The position numbers and the translations under genes are program-made. A DNA stretch of 62,952 nt, filler included, from Octopus bimaculoides (taxonomy: Eukaryota), in NCBI RefSeq assembly GCF_001194135.2. It is 7 parts of 7 records of this genome, joined end to end, with 100 filler letters (N's around TTAATTAATTAA, not from the genome) between each part and the next. Parts side by side here need not be neighbours in the genome. Positions count along the whole stretch, not along the records: positions 1 to 12,732 come from NC_068982.1; 6 more parts are not named here. One strand, given 5' to 3'. Position 1 is the stretch's first letter. The number at the start of each line of letters is the position of its first letter. The notes beneath the pieces were generated by a model. The model saw only the letters and a list, made by a program, of their open reading frames with translations. It did no database searches and was not told the DNA's origin. This document shows, piece by piece, positions 1 to 11,290 of this stretch.

Positions 1-38
<38 letters not shown>

Positions 39-420
39 AAGACTGACGAAATGCCGCTAAGCATTTTGTCCGGAGCGCCAATGGTTCTGCCAGCTCGCCA
101 CCTACTATAGGCACAAGGTCTGAAATTTGTGGGAAGTAGGGTAAGTCGATCACATCGATCCCAGTACTTGACTGGTCTTAATTTATCGACCCCTAAACGA
201 TGAAAGGCAACGTTGACCTCAGCGGAAAATACACGTGTAAATCATTCTCGCCGCCCTAGTATTGATAGTAATATTTACACGTGCTTTTTCCGTTAAGGTC
301 GATTTTGCATTTCATCCTTTCGGGTTGGATAAAATGAATACCAGTTGAACTCTGAGATCGATGTATTCGATTTACCTTCTACCCTGAAATTGCTGGCCTT
401 GTGCCAAAATTTGAAACCGA
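39..420. mobile_element. Cluster of SINE-A fragments (39-101 -, 102-228 -, 293-420 +)
   Basis: Direct similarity to the copies at 2318-2968. Confidence 0.85.
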
Positions 421-1417
421 TATTTACGTATGCTTTGGCGTAAACGATCATCTCAGAAACTTGCATTATTACTAAGTTTTACAGGATGTATATTTTGAAA
501 TGCGTTGATGTATTCCAATACCTGGGGCAGACAAAATGGATCTGTTTTCAAGACATATTTTTACTCGATGTTTAAACTTATTTCAATAAAATCTCACGTT
601 CTATAGCGGTTATAATGTTCTATAGAGAACTAACGGTGAACATAACAGAACACAACATAATGACGGAGCACAGATAAAAAGATTAAAGAGGAAGACATAC
701 GTTTGGGAAGTTGAAAAAATCGCTCAACTGGTATACGTGCGACATGAGAGTCGGGTGATTAACTTCTGGAGCCAGAGAAACTTTTCCTAAGTCCACCTAT
801 CTCATGACCAATGATAACGTAAAAAATCACTCCAATATCGTACCAGAAGAAGATGACTCGGTATTTCTTTGTTCCGCTACAACCATTGCATCACCACAAC
901 ATCTTACGCTCATGTGCAAGGCATGTAGAATAAAGAAGGCTAGAATACTGTTGCGGTAGCGTGAAAAAGAAAGCGTGAAAAAAAAAGCGAAAAGAGACTA
1001 TCAAAAAATAAATAAATAAATAAGCGTAAAGAGCATAGGAAATATATGACGTTCACAATCCTTTGATTAACACAGAAGTAACTAATGAGTGACATTATCA
1101 AATTATAAACAGATTTAGGAAACGATAAAATTCACACTGATGAGATTGGTTCCGATTTTGAGGAAAATTCCAGACATATACTGCTGGTGAAAAATAATCA
1201 CCTGTTATATATTAATTCTCAGCAGGACGTGGGATCATTTTTACCTACGTAAACAGCCAATTTGTGGGGCGGAATTTGCTCTAGGGCACTCCTCCTCCTC
1301 CTTGTTATCATGTCGGGCGGTATTTCGTCCGTCTTTCCGTCCTGAGTTCAAATTCCGCCGAGGTCGATAAATTAAGTACTAGTATACCAATAAGAAACTT
1401 GATGGAAATGTTGGACC

Positions 1418-2186
1418 TTCTGTGCAGAAACTACCTATTTCTGTATGGACACTGATATATATCGACAAGAAAAGGGTTTAGCTATGAGTTCGTCATTATC
1501 ACTGATAATAGCCAATATATACATGGAATATTTTGAGAATTTGGCTTTAGGATTAACACCACCACTAAAACCAACCCTATAGCTGCGATATGTTGATGAC
1601 ACCTTTATTCTCTGGCCCCACCAGAAAGATTTCCAAGTGCTGTTAGACCATGTGAACTCAATAAAGCCATCCATACAGTTCACAATGGAGAAAGCAAAAG
1701 GCAATCAGCTAGCATTCCTGGACGTATTAATAACATGCACCAAGTATGGATTCAGGACATCCGTATACCGCAAGTCAACCTTCACTGGACGATAACTTAA
1801 CTTCAATTCCCATCATCCATACAGTGTAAAGAGAGGAATTGCTCAGTGCCTAAAACATCGAGCAAAGAATATAAGTAGCGATCGTGATACCCACCACGAA
1901 GAATTTATTAAGCTCAGTAACTATCTATTGAGCAACAACTACCCCAAAAACATACTATCTACTCCAATTATGAATAAAAGAGAGGATGAAACCAATAAAA
2001 TGTCTACAGTCTGTCTCCCCGATGTGAAAGGCCTCTCCGAAAAGATACAAAAGATATGCGGCCCATATGACATCAAGACAGTATTCAACAGTAATACAAC
2101 AGTAATACAACCAATAGAAGAGAATATGACCAAAAACTGCTTGTACTCCATCCCATGCAGCTGTGGTAGGTTATACAAAGGCGAAA
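1418..2186 (+). mobile_element. Penelope-like element (PLE) RT plus start of GIY-YIG endonuclease, decayed (Poseidon-like motifs)
   Basis: One frame (codons from 1418) reads FCAETTYFCMDTDIYRQEKGLAMSSSLSLIIANIYMEYFE...*LRYVDDTFILW (YVDD 1589-1600)...FTMEK...LAFLDVLI...VYRKSTFTGR*LNFNSHHP, continuing into ORF 1928 (CLPDVKGLSEKIQKI...LYSIPCSCGRLYKGE). In-frame stops at 1580 and 1793. These are PLE RT, thumb and GIY-YIG motifs. Confidence 0.92.
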
Positions 2187-2233
2187 TTCAAAATGGATCA
2201 TCATCAACTGCCTCATCATCAGTATCGTCATCG

Positions 2234-2236
<3 letters not shown>

Positions 2237-2317
<81 letters not shown>
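2237..2317. repeat. (ATT)n microsatellite, representative of very many simple repeats
   Basis: Others include (CA)n 1-35, (GA)/(GAA)n 3715-3800, (GGT)n with 15-bp GCTGGTGGTGGTGGC units 13690-13797, (CAT/CAC)n 15645-15990, (AAT)n 18977-19080, an 18-bp GA unit 35390-35480, (ATT)n 47470-47652, (CTA/CTG)n 50410-50536, (GAT)n 59640-59762, and TA/CA/TG mosaics beside most gaps. Confidence 0.97.
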
Positions 2318-2968
2318 GGGTGGTGAGCTAGCAGAATCGTTAGCACACCGGAACAAAATACTTAGCGGAATTTCGCCCGTCATTACGTTCTGAGGTTGAA
2401 TTCTGTCAAGGACGAATTTGCCTTTCATCATATCGAGATCGATAAAATAAATACCAATCAAGCACTGGAACTGATGTAATCGACTAGCCCCTTCCCTCGA
2501 AATTGCTGGCCTTATACCAAATTTGGATACCTTTATTAGCATTATTATTATTAGAGCGGCGAGTTAGCACGCTAGACGAAATGCTTAGCGGTATTTCGCC
2601 TGTCACTACGTTCTGAGTTCAAATTCCGCCGTGGTCGACTTTGCATTTCATCCTTTCGGGGTCGATAAATTAAGTACCAGTGAAACACTGGGGTCGATGT
2701 AATCGACTAGTTCCCCCACCCCCAAATTTGAAGCATTGTGCTTATAGTAGAAAGGGTTATTATTAGGGCTGCGAGCTGGCAGAATTGTTAGCACGCCAGA
2801 GAAAATATTTAGCTGCATTTCACTTGGCTTTACGTTCTGAGTTCAAATTTCGCCGATGTCGACTTTGTCTTTCGTTCTTTCTGAGTCGATAAAATGAAGT
2901 ACTGGACTAGTCAACTCGCTACTTTCCTCCAAATTATCAGGCCATGTGCCTATAACAGAAAGAATTAT
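2318..2968 (+). mobile_element. Three head-to-tail copies of SINE family A (about 2318-2532, 2553-2760, 2765-2968)
   Basis: Each starts GG(C/T)GAG(C/T)T(G/A)GC with Pol III-like boxes (e.g. TGGCAGAATTG, GAGTTCAAAT) and the shared body GTCGACTTTGC(C/A)TTTCATCCTTTCGGGGTCGATAAA...AGTACCAG. Separated by (ATT)n. Confidence 0.9.
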
Positions 2969-3650
2969 TAACATTGATATTATTAAATATCATCATCATC
3001 ATCATCATCATCAAAAACAACAACATGTTTCAACGCATGAACGTATTGTGAATTCTATTTAGCAAGAGTTAATTAAGTTCTAGCCAATTCAATTCCCAGT
3101 TAAGGCTGGTTCCCTTCCCTTAAGCTGGTAATAATACCTGGAAAGGTTACAACGTAACAAATTTCATTTCTAAAACTTACTAAAAAAAAAGAAAAACATC
3201 ATTGCAAATCTCTCAAGAATAATCCTCACTTCTTACTGTCATAATACTGGTACCAACTATATTTTTTGGTATATACAAAATATTCTGGTTTTTTTTTTTA
3301 TTTTGGAAGAAATTATTGTAGCAATGTTTAATTTTTTTTCTTCACTTGATTTTCTACAATTTATTATTGATTTATCACTTTTCAATTTTTCCTTTTGTTT
3401 TCAATTTATATTCCCAATTTCATTCTCTGGTTTGAAATTTATAGATTAGTCCATTAAAAAAAAAGAAGATTTCTACTTTATCTATAACAATTTATTAAAG
3501 GCTTTGGCAGATTTTGTTTTTGACATGAAACTTAAAGCTACAAGTCTGAATGGTTAAGAAATATATTAAGTAAATAGCAGTAATTAAAATTGTTGTCATG
3601 TTATCAATAAGAAAAATATGTTCCTGTATGCATAAGCTAGCTTTTTGCAG

Positions 3651-3703
3651 ATCATCTCGTGGGTATCCAAGAGGATAGGCGTGTTAAATTTTATTTGAAA
3701 TGA
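3651..3703 (+). CDS. Candidate terminal coding exon of an unidentified host gene
   Basis: CTTTTTGCAG acceptor at 3641-3650; phase-1 reading (D/Y/H/N)HLVGIQEDRRVKFYLK* with TGA at 3701-3703; followed by AT-rich UTR-like sequence with AATAAA near 4326 and 4382. No homolog recognised. Confidence 0.28.
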
Positions 3704-3711
3704 AGAGAGAA

Positions 3712-3755
<44 letters not shown>

Positions 3756-4587
3756 GAGAAGAAGAAGAAGAAGAAGAAGAAGAAGAAGAGAGAGAGAGAG
3801 TTAGCGGAGGGTGAGGAACAAAATTATTTCACAAAACAATACTTTATTTGGATATGAAAAAACTATTCGAAAATTTTCAGACATGTATCTAAATCTATGC
3901 ACGCGATTAGATTTTGTACTAAAGAACTCCAAGAGTTAGTAAGATGACAACCTTTCTGATTTGAGTTTTTGAGCACCAGGCTTCTAATGTAAAATATACT
4001 TTTCAGAAGTTTCTGTACACTAAGAAACATGTACATTTAAATCATAGTGAAGAACGATTTCACTTAGTTCAAAGAAAATGCGGACAGAGTGTGGGTGTAT
4101 ATAAAAGTGTGGAGTGTATGACAAAAAAAAAACAGAAAAACAAAAAAACAAAAAAAAAGCAAAAACAGAAAGCATCACTGAAATTATAGGAGAAAGTTAC
4201 GATTTAATACAAAGTTTCCACTTTCTCTATAAGCTATGTATTACATTGATTTTTTTTTATCTTTCCAACTTTATTATAAAACAAGAAATCTTGCAAGGAT
4301 TCATTATTAATTTCACATGCTAAAAAATAAATCGATTAGAGATAGATTGTGTGAGAGAAAGAGAGAGAGAAGATAAAATGAAATAAAAATAGTTACTTTG
4401 AAACATCTGTTGGATTTCTAGATTTCAACAATAATAGTGTAAATGTGGGATTCCTTTGAAAAAAATAAGAATTTAGGCAAGATACAAGAAAAGAATATTA
4501 TGAGATAGAAGTTCTATGAAAAAATATGCAATGCTAAATTTAGATGAGAAGCGAAACAAATGTGTAAAAAGCATCTATCTATCTATC

Positions 4588-4630
<43 letters not shown>

Positions 4631-4870
4631 TTCTTTTTCTATAATTATACTTATGTTTGTGTTTGAGTGTGTGTGTGTTTGTGTGTGTGTGCACACGCGA
4701 ACGTGTAAATGTTTGTGTATGTTTGCGCGCTTATTGTATGTACTTATGAATATATACGTGTCTATACATTTATGTATGTGTCTATACATTTATGTATGTG
4801 TCTATATATATCTGATTAAATATTTATGCACCTACGTGTGCATACGCATTTACACGCACACATATATATA

Positions 4871-5082
4871 CAGGGTGTCCACAAAGTCTGGGTACATGGG
4901 GATTAACACATACTCTTAGAAATTATTGTTTCTTATATTTGATTGTTTATGTTATGATTTTATTTGCTCCATGTACCCATATGGGGATTAACACATACTT
5001 TAAGAAATTATTATTTCTTATATTTAATTGTTTATGTTATGATTTTATTTACTCCATGTACCCAGACCTTGTGGACACCCTG
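4871..5082. mobile_element. Tc1/mariner-type MITE with internal 83-bp tandem duplication
   Basis: TA|CAGGGTGTCCACAAAGTCTGGGTACATGG ... CCATGTACCCAGACCTTGTGGACACCCTG|TA. Units 4896-4978 and 4981-5063 are near-identical. Confidence 0.88.
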
Positions 5083-5763
5083 TACATGTATATCTAATAT
5101 ACATAAACCTTGAAAAATGACTTAGCTATATTTCATGTACTTGAGCGCTCGTACAAGAGTGAATGTGCTTCAATAGATACAGATATAAAAGCTACATCTT
5201 GGAGGTAAGGATCGCTCTTTTTATCAACTGTCGACTTGAGATTACAACGCTTTCGTCATCAGTCGTTTTAGCTGGGTCGACTGACACAGTTCCTACCAGG
5301 GATTGTCCGAGTTATTTGCGTCACATCGTTCCACCCTTTTCCCACGTTACCTATCCAGCCACTGTACCAAGCTTTGAGTAGCTATAACTATTTAACTATC
5401 CCGTCTATACCGCAAGTGTTTGGTTTTACTAGTCCCTGATATTTGGTCTTCGGTCCCAAAATTAGTTGTTTTTTTAAATTTCAATTGTGTGCTCTATATT
5501 CATAATGAAACACTTTCTGCTTCAGTTTCCAGCCCAAGAATATTCTTTGCTGAATTTAGCTACAGACGCATCATATCTCCCGTCTACTGGAAGCACTGTC
5601 ATTCTCTTTGTTTCCCACAAATTTTCCATTTTATGCTCTTCCATTCACTTATTGATAGTATATTACTTTCGTAAGGGTCCGTCAACTTAACAACCTCTCT
5701 CTCTCCATATTTGTCTATTGCATGTGTATATATGTATATGCTTATATATAAATGTATGAATAT

Positions 5764-5800
<37 letters not shown>

Positions 5801-6278
5801 NNNNNNNNNNTTGATAGTATATTACTTTCGTAAGGGTCCGTCAACTTAACAACCTCTCTCTCTCCATATTTGTCTATTGCATGTGTATATATGTATATAT
5901 CATGGTAAAAGTTTTTATTTTTCATTTCGTTCCTTTCGGGATTTTATCCCTAATTTTGTAGTTCTAGAACCTAGCAGTTCTTTCTAGCGTAAGAAATCCC
6001 ACGAGTGGATTCCTCTTATGTATTTAAATATACACTGTACCTTATGAGTAATTCATAGTCTCTGGACTAAACTTTTATACACTAGGCCACTTGGAGGTGA
6101 AAATTTTATTACTTTCCTTTTCCCTTTGATACGATTAATTACACCCCCCCCACACACATACACACATATATATATATATAAATAGATGTCTGTGATTTGC
6201 GTGCATGTGTGCGTTTATGTGTACATACACACACGCGCAAACATACATTACACGTATATATGTGAGTATAGCGCCTTT

Positions 6279-6659
6279 GTGGAGGCGCAATGGCCCAGTA
6301 GTTAGGGCAGCGGACTCGCGGTCGTAGAATCTCGGTTTCGATTCTCTCACCGGGCGTTGTGAGTGTTTATTGAGCGAAAACATCTAAAGCTCCACGAGGC
6401 TCCGGCAGGGTGTGATGGTGAACCCTGCTGTACTCTTTCGCCACAACTTTCTCTCTCTCTTTCTTCCTGTTTCTGTTGTACCTGTATTTCAAAGGCCAGC
6501 CTTGTCACACTCTGTGTCACGCTGAATCTTCCTGAGAACTATGTTAAGGGTAAGCATGTCTGTGGAGTGTTGAGCCACTTGCACGTTAATTTCACGAGCA
6601 GGCTGTTCTGTTGATCCGATCAACTGGAATCCTTCTCGTCATAACCGACGGAGTGCCAC
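6279..6659 (+). mobile_element. SINE family D, full-length tRNA-derived copy
   Basis: Head GTGGAGGCGCAATGGCCCAGTAGTTAGGGCAGCGGACTCGCGG...GGTTTCGATTC; body to CCGACGGAGTGCC. Further copies at 17908-18142 (-) and a head at about 35995-36072 (-). Confidence 0.9.
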
Positions 6660-6814
6660 GAGACGAGGATAGCGCCTTCGAAATTCAATGCTCCGTGAGA
6701 AACTGATATTACTCATAGATAGGATATAAAATACCCACCAGATATATTAGAGCAGATAGTAACAGATTAGTTGACGATGTGAGATTCTAATATTAACTAA
6801 TGACTATTAACTAT

Positions 6815-7345
6815 TAACTAATATTTTGCAGCCTGGACAGCTTCTACTACTTTCTTTTGGTAACTGATGCAATGAGTTGAATTAACTCATTTTGAATACC
6901 TTTAGCAAGATAATGCACAAATGTCTCATGATTCCTTACTTTACGCAGATGTTCTTTCATAATTGGACGAAACTCTGCCAGATACTCCACACATTTTAAG
7001 AAGTTCCCGTTATTTGAATTGCATAACCTTTCATTACTTTCACAAAAGGGCAGATTTTGTTCACCAAAAACTCTTACTAAAGAAGCTAATCTTATTAATA
7101 CTAGGTGCCACTATTCTTTTTCGTGCTTCACCTCTCGTAATTTTGCTTTATCAATTATTTTTTTGTGTTTTCAATCGTATTTCAAGTTCTTTCCGTCTTT
7201 GAAAGTTTTCTAAATGACCATTACTTTTTTCATGAGAAGAAAGGAATGCTGCAAGATTTTTCCAATCATCTGAACCATTTTCTGCGAGTGTAAGTGTAAC
7301 TGAAATCTTTATCAAACTTTACTTACTAATCGCTGATGATTTGAT
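6815..7345 (-). mobile_element. hAT transposase fragment (ZMYM1-like/DUF4371 region)
   Basis: Minus strand reads GSDDWKNLAAFLSSHEKSNGH...EKE*WHLVLIRLASLVRVFGEQNLPF..SNERL..SNNGNFLKCVEYLAEF.PIMKEHLRKV...HYLAKGIQNELIQLIA, with stops and frameshifts. Confidence 0.85.
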
Positions 7346-7366
7346 AACTGAATTTTTTAATTATAA

Positions 7367-7452
7367 CTAGCAGTAGTACCCGTCGTTGATCGGGTATTTA
7401 CTTCTACTCTTTCTCGTGAGCCACATTCAACGCATTATTATATATATATAGA
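7367..7452 (-). mobile_element. 86-bp non-autonomous Helitron
   Basis: Minus strand A|TCTATATATA ... TACCCG-atcaacga-CGGGTA hairpin, then ctactg-CTAG|T. Has the 5' TC, subterminal hairpin, 3' CTAG and A|T target. Confidence 0.75.
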
Positions 7453-7881
7453 TTTACTCCTCCTGTACGTGTGTATTTTATAAGAAACAAATATATAATA
7501 ATTGAAGTAGAAAAACGATCAATTTCATACACGAATTTCTGTTTGTTTATTATTTAACAATAAGTGAGGTTGTATGTGTTATTTTATATATCAATACAGT
7601 AATGGCAATTATATAATACAAAAGGCTTTCGTCGGTACGGAGCTGTAATGAAGAGAATTGCCGAACGTGCCACACAGTGGGACATGATTGGAAAGCAAGG
7701 TGACATGGTTGGAAAGCAAGCTTCTCAATCACACACCCACGCCTGTAAAGAAGAGATATATTTTGGATAATATACTCCTTGATACAATATGCTCAACAAA
7801 AAATAGGGATGTTTACGGTGAGAAAACTTTCGATTTTAACATTCACTCGAGCAACGCAACAACTAAGAACGCTACACCATA

Positions 7882-8342
7882 CAGGGTGTTCCAGAATTTA
7901 CTATTTCAATGAAATTGGGCAAATTAAAAAAGAAACTGACAGAATTTTATGTTTACTACCAAAACAAACGGATTTATAAATCTTACGTCAAACTTTTATT
8001 GAAAATTTTCAACATGTCTGTATCCCTGAATACTTCGAATCTGACCTAAGCGTCGTGAAACACATTTTGAAGCATTTCAGGAGTTAGCTCCTTCACTACT
8101 AACTGAATGTGTTTTTTAAGCTTAGCTAAACGATTTCTCCATCTTGAGGGTAGAAGTAAAGAAAATAATTGCTGCCAAATTGCAAAAAAAAGGTGCCAAC
8201 AGGAATGAAAATAAAATTATAAACAAAATTCAAAATTTATACATTCTAACACATATTAAACATGATAAACATAAATAAAAGTGAGTTAAAAAAAAAATGC
8301 ATCCGATTTCACTCAAATCATCACTAATTCCGGGACACCCTG
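7882..8342 (-). mobile_element. Internally deleted Tc1/mariner element with both TIRs
   Basis: TA|CAGGGTGTTCCAGAATT ... AATTCCGGGACACCCTG|TA. The interior minus strand encodes LAKLKKHIQLVVKELTPEMLQNVF...HVENF (transposase C-terminus). Confidence 0.82.
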
Positions 8343-8526
8343 TATTTACTCGTCCGACTAAACGGGGGAGGGAACACAGGGGGGACTAATTGCAGGTGGT
8401 GAGCGTAGCTTCTGGAAGTGGTCATGCGGTCAAACTCAAATGGCTGTGAGTCACAACAACTGTTTGTTTTTTTTTGTATGAAAATTTTGCATTATATAGT
8501 TCAGACATGGATAATATAGAAAGCAG

Positions 8527-9165
8527 ACATGTTGCCGGGCCCTGCTGCGTTGCTCAGGATTGGAAACGTGAAATATCAATAGAGAACTTCTGGAGAAAGG
8601 TTGAATGGGTTTGTTGTGCCTTTACCCAGCCGCACGCACACGCACATGGCCCGGTGGTGCGCGGGTTGGTAACATGAAGCATCAACAGGGTGCCAACAAA
8701 AATTTTAACATTTTTCTCATTTCCACTGCCAAACTGGACAAAAAAAAGCTTTCATGAAATATTATACGCTACTCATAATGCATAAGTAGTGTCAATATTT
8801 TATCGTCGGAAAATGGCCTAAAACAAAGATAAAACCCAGTGCAGTATACACAAATCTGATTATTCTGCATTTGGTGGGGAGCATAGTTGGGAATCGGAAA
8901 TGTTTTTTAGTCAACAGCAATTTGAGGTGCTTGGTTAATGTTTGCTGCAAATTTGGAGGAAAGCGAAAAGGCTTTAAAAATGCGGTTTATCTGCTCCTGG
9001 GCCTGTATTAGGCAAAAAGTTGAAAATGTTTTTGGCCCGTCGCATTCCATGTACTCTATGTAATACATGTGTAAAATTTCATTAAAATCGGTTTGGTGGA
9101 TCTCGAGTTATAACGACATGACAAAAAGACAGATAGACACATCATGTGTTTCATATATATATCAC
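8527..9165 (-). mobile_element. Degenerate Helitron-like non-autonomous element
   Basis: GC-rich imperfect hairpin near 8535-8560, AAATTTCATTAAAATCGG...GAGTT block and ACAGATAGACAC...TATATATAT end, resembling invertebrate Helitron-N elements. Termini not canonical. Confidence 0.4.
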
Positions 9166-9229
9166 TTTAGAATTATCACTTTATAATTATAAATTTCTTA
9201 GGCTCTCTCTCCTAAGTCAGCGCCTCCCA

Positions 9230-9310
9230 AGACATCCCAAGATTTTGTCAACCTCAGATATTGCCGGCCTAGGCGGTCGCCTATTTCGCCTAGTGGTAAA
9301 TCTGGCCCTG
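9230..9310 (-). mobile_element. Probable hAT-type non-autonomous element terminus
   Basis: Minus strand begins CAGGGCCAGATTTACCACTAGGCG, resembling CAGGGCCGGATTTA-type termini. No partner end found. Confidence 0.4.
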
Positions 9311-9619
9311 ACATGTTTAGACGTGTTTAGCTGTATAGGTGGTTGGTTAGATAAGTGGAGAGAGGGAAATTTAGATACACATATCCAGAGAGAGTAATCG
9401 GTTGATTGTTAGGGGTAGGGGGTCAGTTAATGTAGAATAAAGTACTTAACAATTAAATACCTTCAGAGTGAACAGTATTGGGGGAAATGATATTATTAAA
9501 TCGAGAACGCTTTCGGATTTTAAAACTGTTCATCAAATGTGATGTTTGTGTAGCTGCGTTGTTATTAGCTATGACTGTTCAGAGAAACTGTACAGATGTT
9601 GCCATGTGTTTATTTTCAG

Positions 9620-9711
9620 ACATACTCCTCGTCGAACGTTGTGTGCCGAGCTATTCACTGATCTGATTGGACAACGTCTAAGGCAGCATGCTTTTGATGT
9701 GATGTTATTGT
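9620..9711 (+). CDS. Candidate internal exon
   Basis: GTTTATTTTCAG acceptor; only one frame open (HTPRRTLCAELFTDLIGQRLRQHAFDVMLL); GTGAGA possible donor at 9712. No homolog recognised. Confidence 0.2.
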
Positions 9712-10101
9712 GTGAGAAATATTTTCTGAGTGTATAACTTAGCCTTGTGATACATCATGACATCAAATACAGACACGTTGGTATAGGAGACTATTCATTC
9801 TTCCGGAAAATGAATGCTTATCCTCTATAATTTTTACTATTAATATAATCCTGGTAAAACTATAAAAAAACAAACAAACAAAAAAAAACAAAAAAAAACG
9901 CAAAAACAAAATAAAACAAAATACATAGTTATTTTCTTTGAATAATGCAAAGAAACAACCTTTTTAAAAAAGATCACAGAAGTAAGCGAACAGCGAAACT
10001 AAGTTAATACGCACCACGTGGGAAATTATTACTTCATACACCATTGCGAGACGAGTTCTAAGTCNNNNNNNNNNNNNNNNNNNNNNNNNNNNNNNNNNNN
10101 N

Positions 10102-10144
<43 letters not shown>

Positions 10145-10298
10145 ATATATATATATATATATATGTACGAATGAACATTTACTCACTTCTACATATTCAC
10201 ATACACACGTATATAAGCATTAATGCATAAATGAATACATGCATACACATGCACATATACATATATTATATGTGTATAAATGTATACATATATATGTC

Positions 10299-10335
<37 letters not shown>

Positions 10336-10339
10336 TTAT

Positions 10340-11290
10340 CGTCATCGTTGGCTCCTACTCGTTTCCGAGTATTTCTTTATTTGTACTTTCTCCTTTATGT
10401 CGGAGCCTTTGATACCCGAAATAACCGATTTTGGCGTGGAGCAATAGTCCAGAAGTCACAATTGATGGTCGGTAGAGGCCTTGAGTTGGTAGGTGGTTCT
10501 TCGTAACCGTTTATTTTAATTTCTTCGACGATGTTCTCCAAAATGTAGACACCAATGGTAATAATATGCCACCACGCTGTTCTATTTTCTGTGTGTTACT
10601 CCCAGAATTTAGAGTCAATATTGGTGCTTTCCATCTTCTGTTTCAGTTGGTCTTTGTTGTGTCGCATGCGATACCCGCATGATATCTTACCGGTAATGAG
10701 TTCCCTGTAGAGGATCTGAAGTGGCAGTCTCGTTATTTTCTGAAGCGATATTTGATGACAGTAGCCTCAGTGCTGTTGGCGTTGTTCTCGTGTTGTTGAC
10801 ATAGCTATTCCATTCGATTTTCGTAACTGAATGTAAATTTTGTTGATGGTATCTTTCTAGTTATCGAATATCCTGTAGGTACAGATTCATGTTTCACAAC
10901 CATAGAGTAAGGTGGAAAGAACCACAGTTTGATACACCATGAGGTCCGTTTGTAGTTTCAGGTTCTTGTTTCTGAAGATACACTGAAATTGTTTTGCAAA
11001 AGTGACATAGGCAGCTCGCATCCTGTTCTCAATATCTTTCATAGAATTTCATTGTGCCGAGATGATACTTCCGAGGTAAGGAAACTGGTCTACTTATTCC
11101 AGTGGTGTGTTGGGAATGGCGATGTTGAAATCTGGAAGGAATGAATTTGGAACAGATTTTGCAAGTATTTTGCTTTTCTGGTGGTTGATTGTCAGATCGA
11201 AAGGGTCATATGCATTTTTGAAGTTGTTGAAAATTCCTTGCAATTCTTCTGGTGAAAGAGCTGGAGATGAAGAGGTCACAGATATGTGAC
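10340..11290 (-). mobile_element. RTE-clade LINE, 3' part of RT ORF, decayed
   Basis: Minus strand reads EELQGIFNNF...LTINHQKSKIL...LE*VDQFPYLGSIIS...DIENRMRAAY...LERYHQQ...RLPLQILYRELITGK...KDQLK, typical RTE RT C-terminal motifs, with stops and frameshifts. Ends at a (CA)n tract near 10335. Confidence 0.88.

Noticed and set aside
5251-5262. Minus-strand CTGATGACGAAA, and CTGATGAAGGAAAC at 37970-37983
   Set aside because: Hammerhead core words without any stem II or supporting stem I; expected by chance.
5490-5700. Possible RLE-LINE C-terminal remnant on the minus strand (LWETKRMTVLPV)
   Set aside because: The similarity is too short and needs several frameshifts.
6279-6350. tRNA-like sequences (also 43660-43733, 51552-51615, 60183-60243)
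   Set aside because: They are SINE heads continuing into repeat bodies; I could not form complete cloverleaves, so they are not called tRNA genes.
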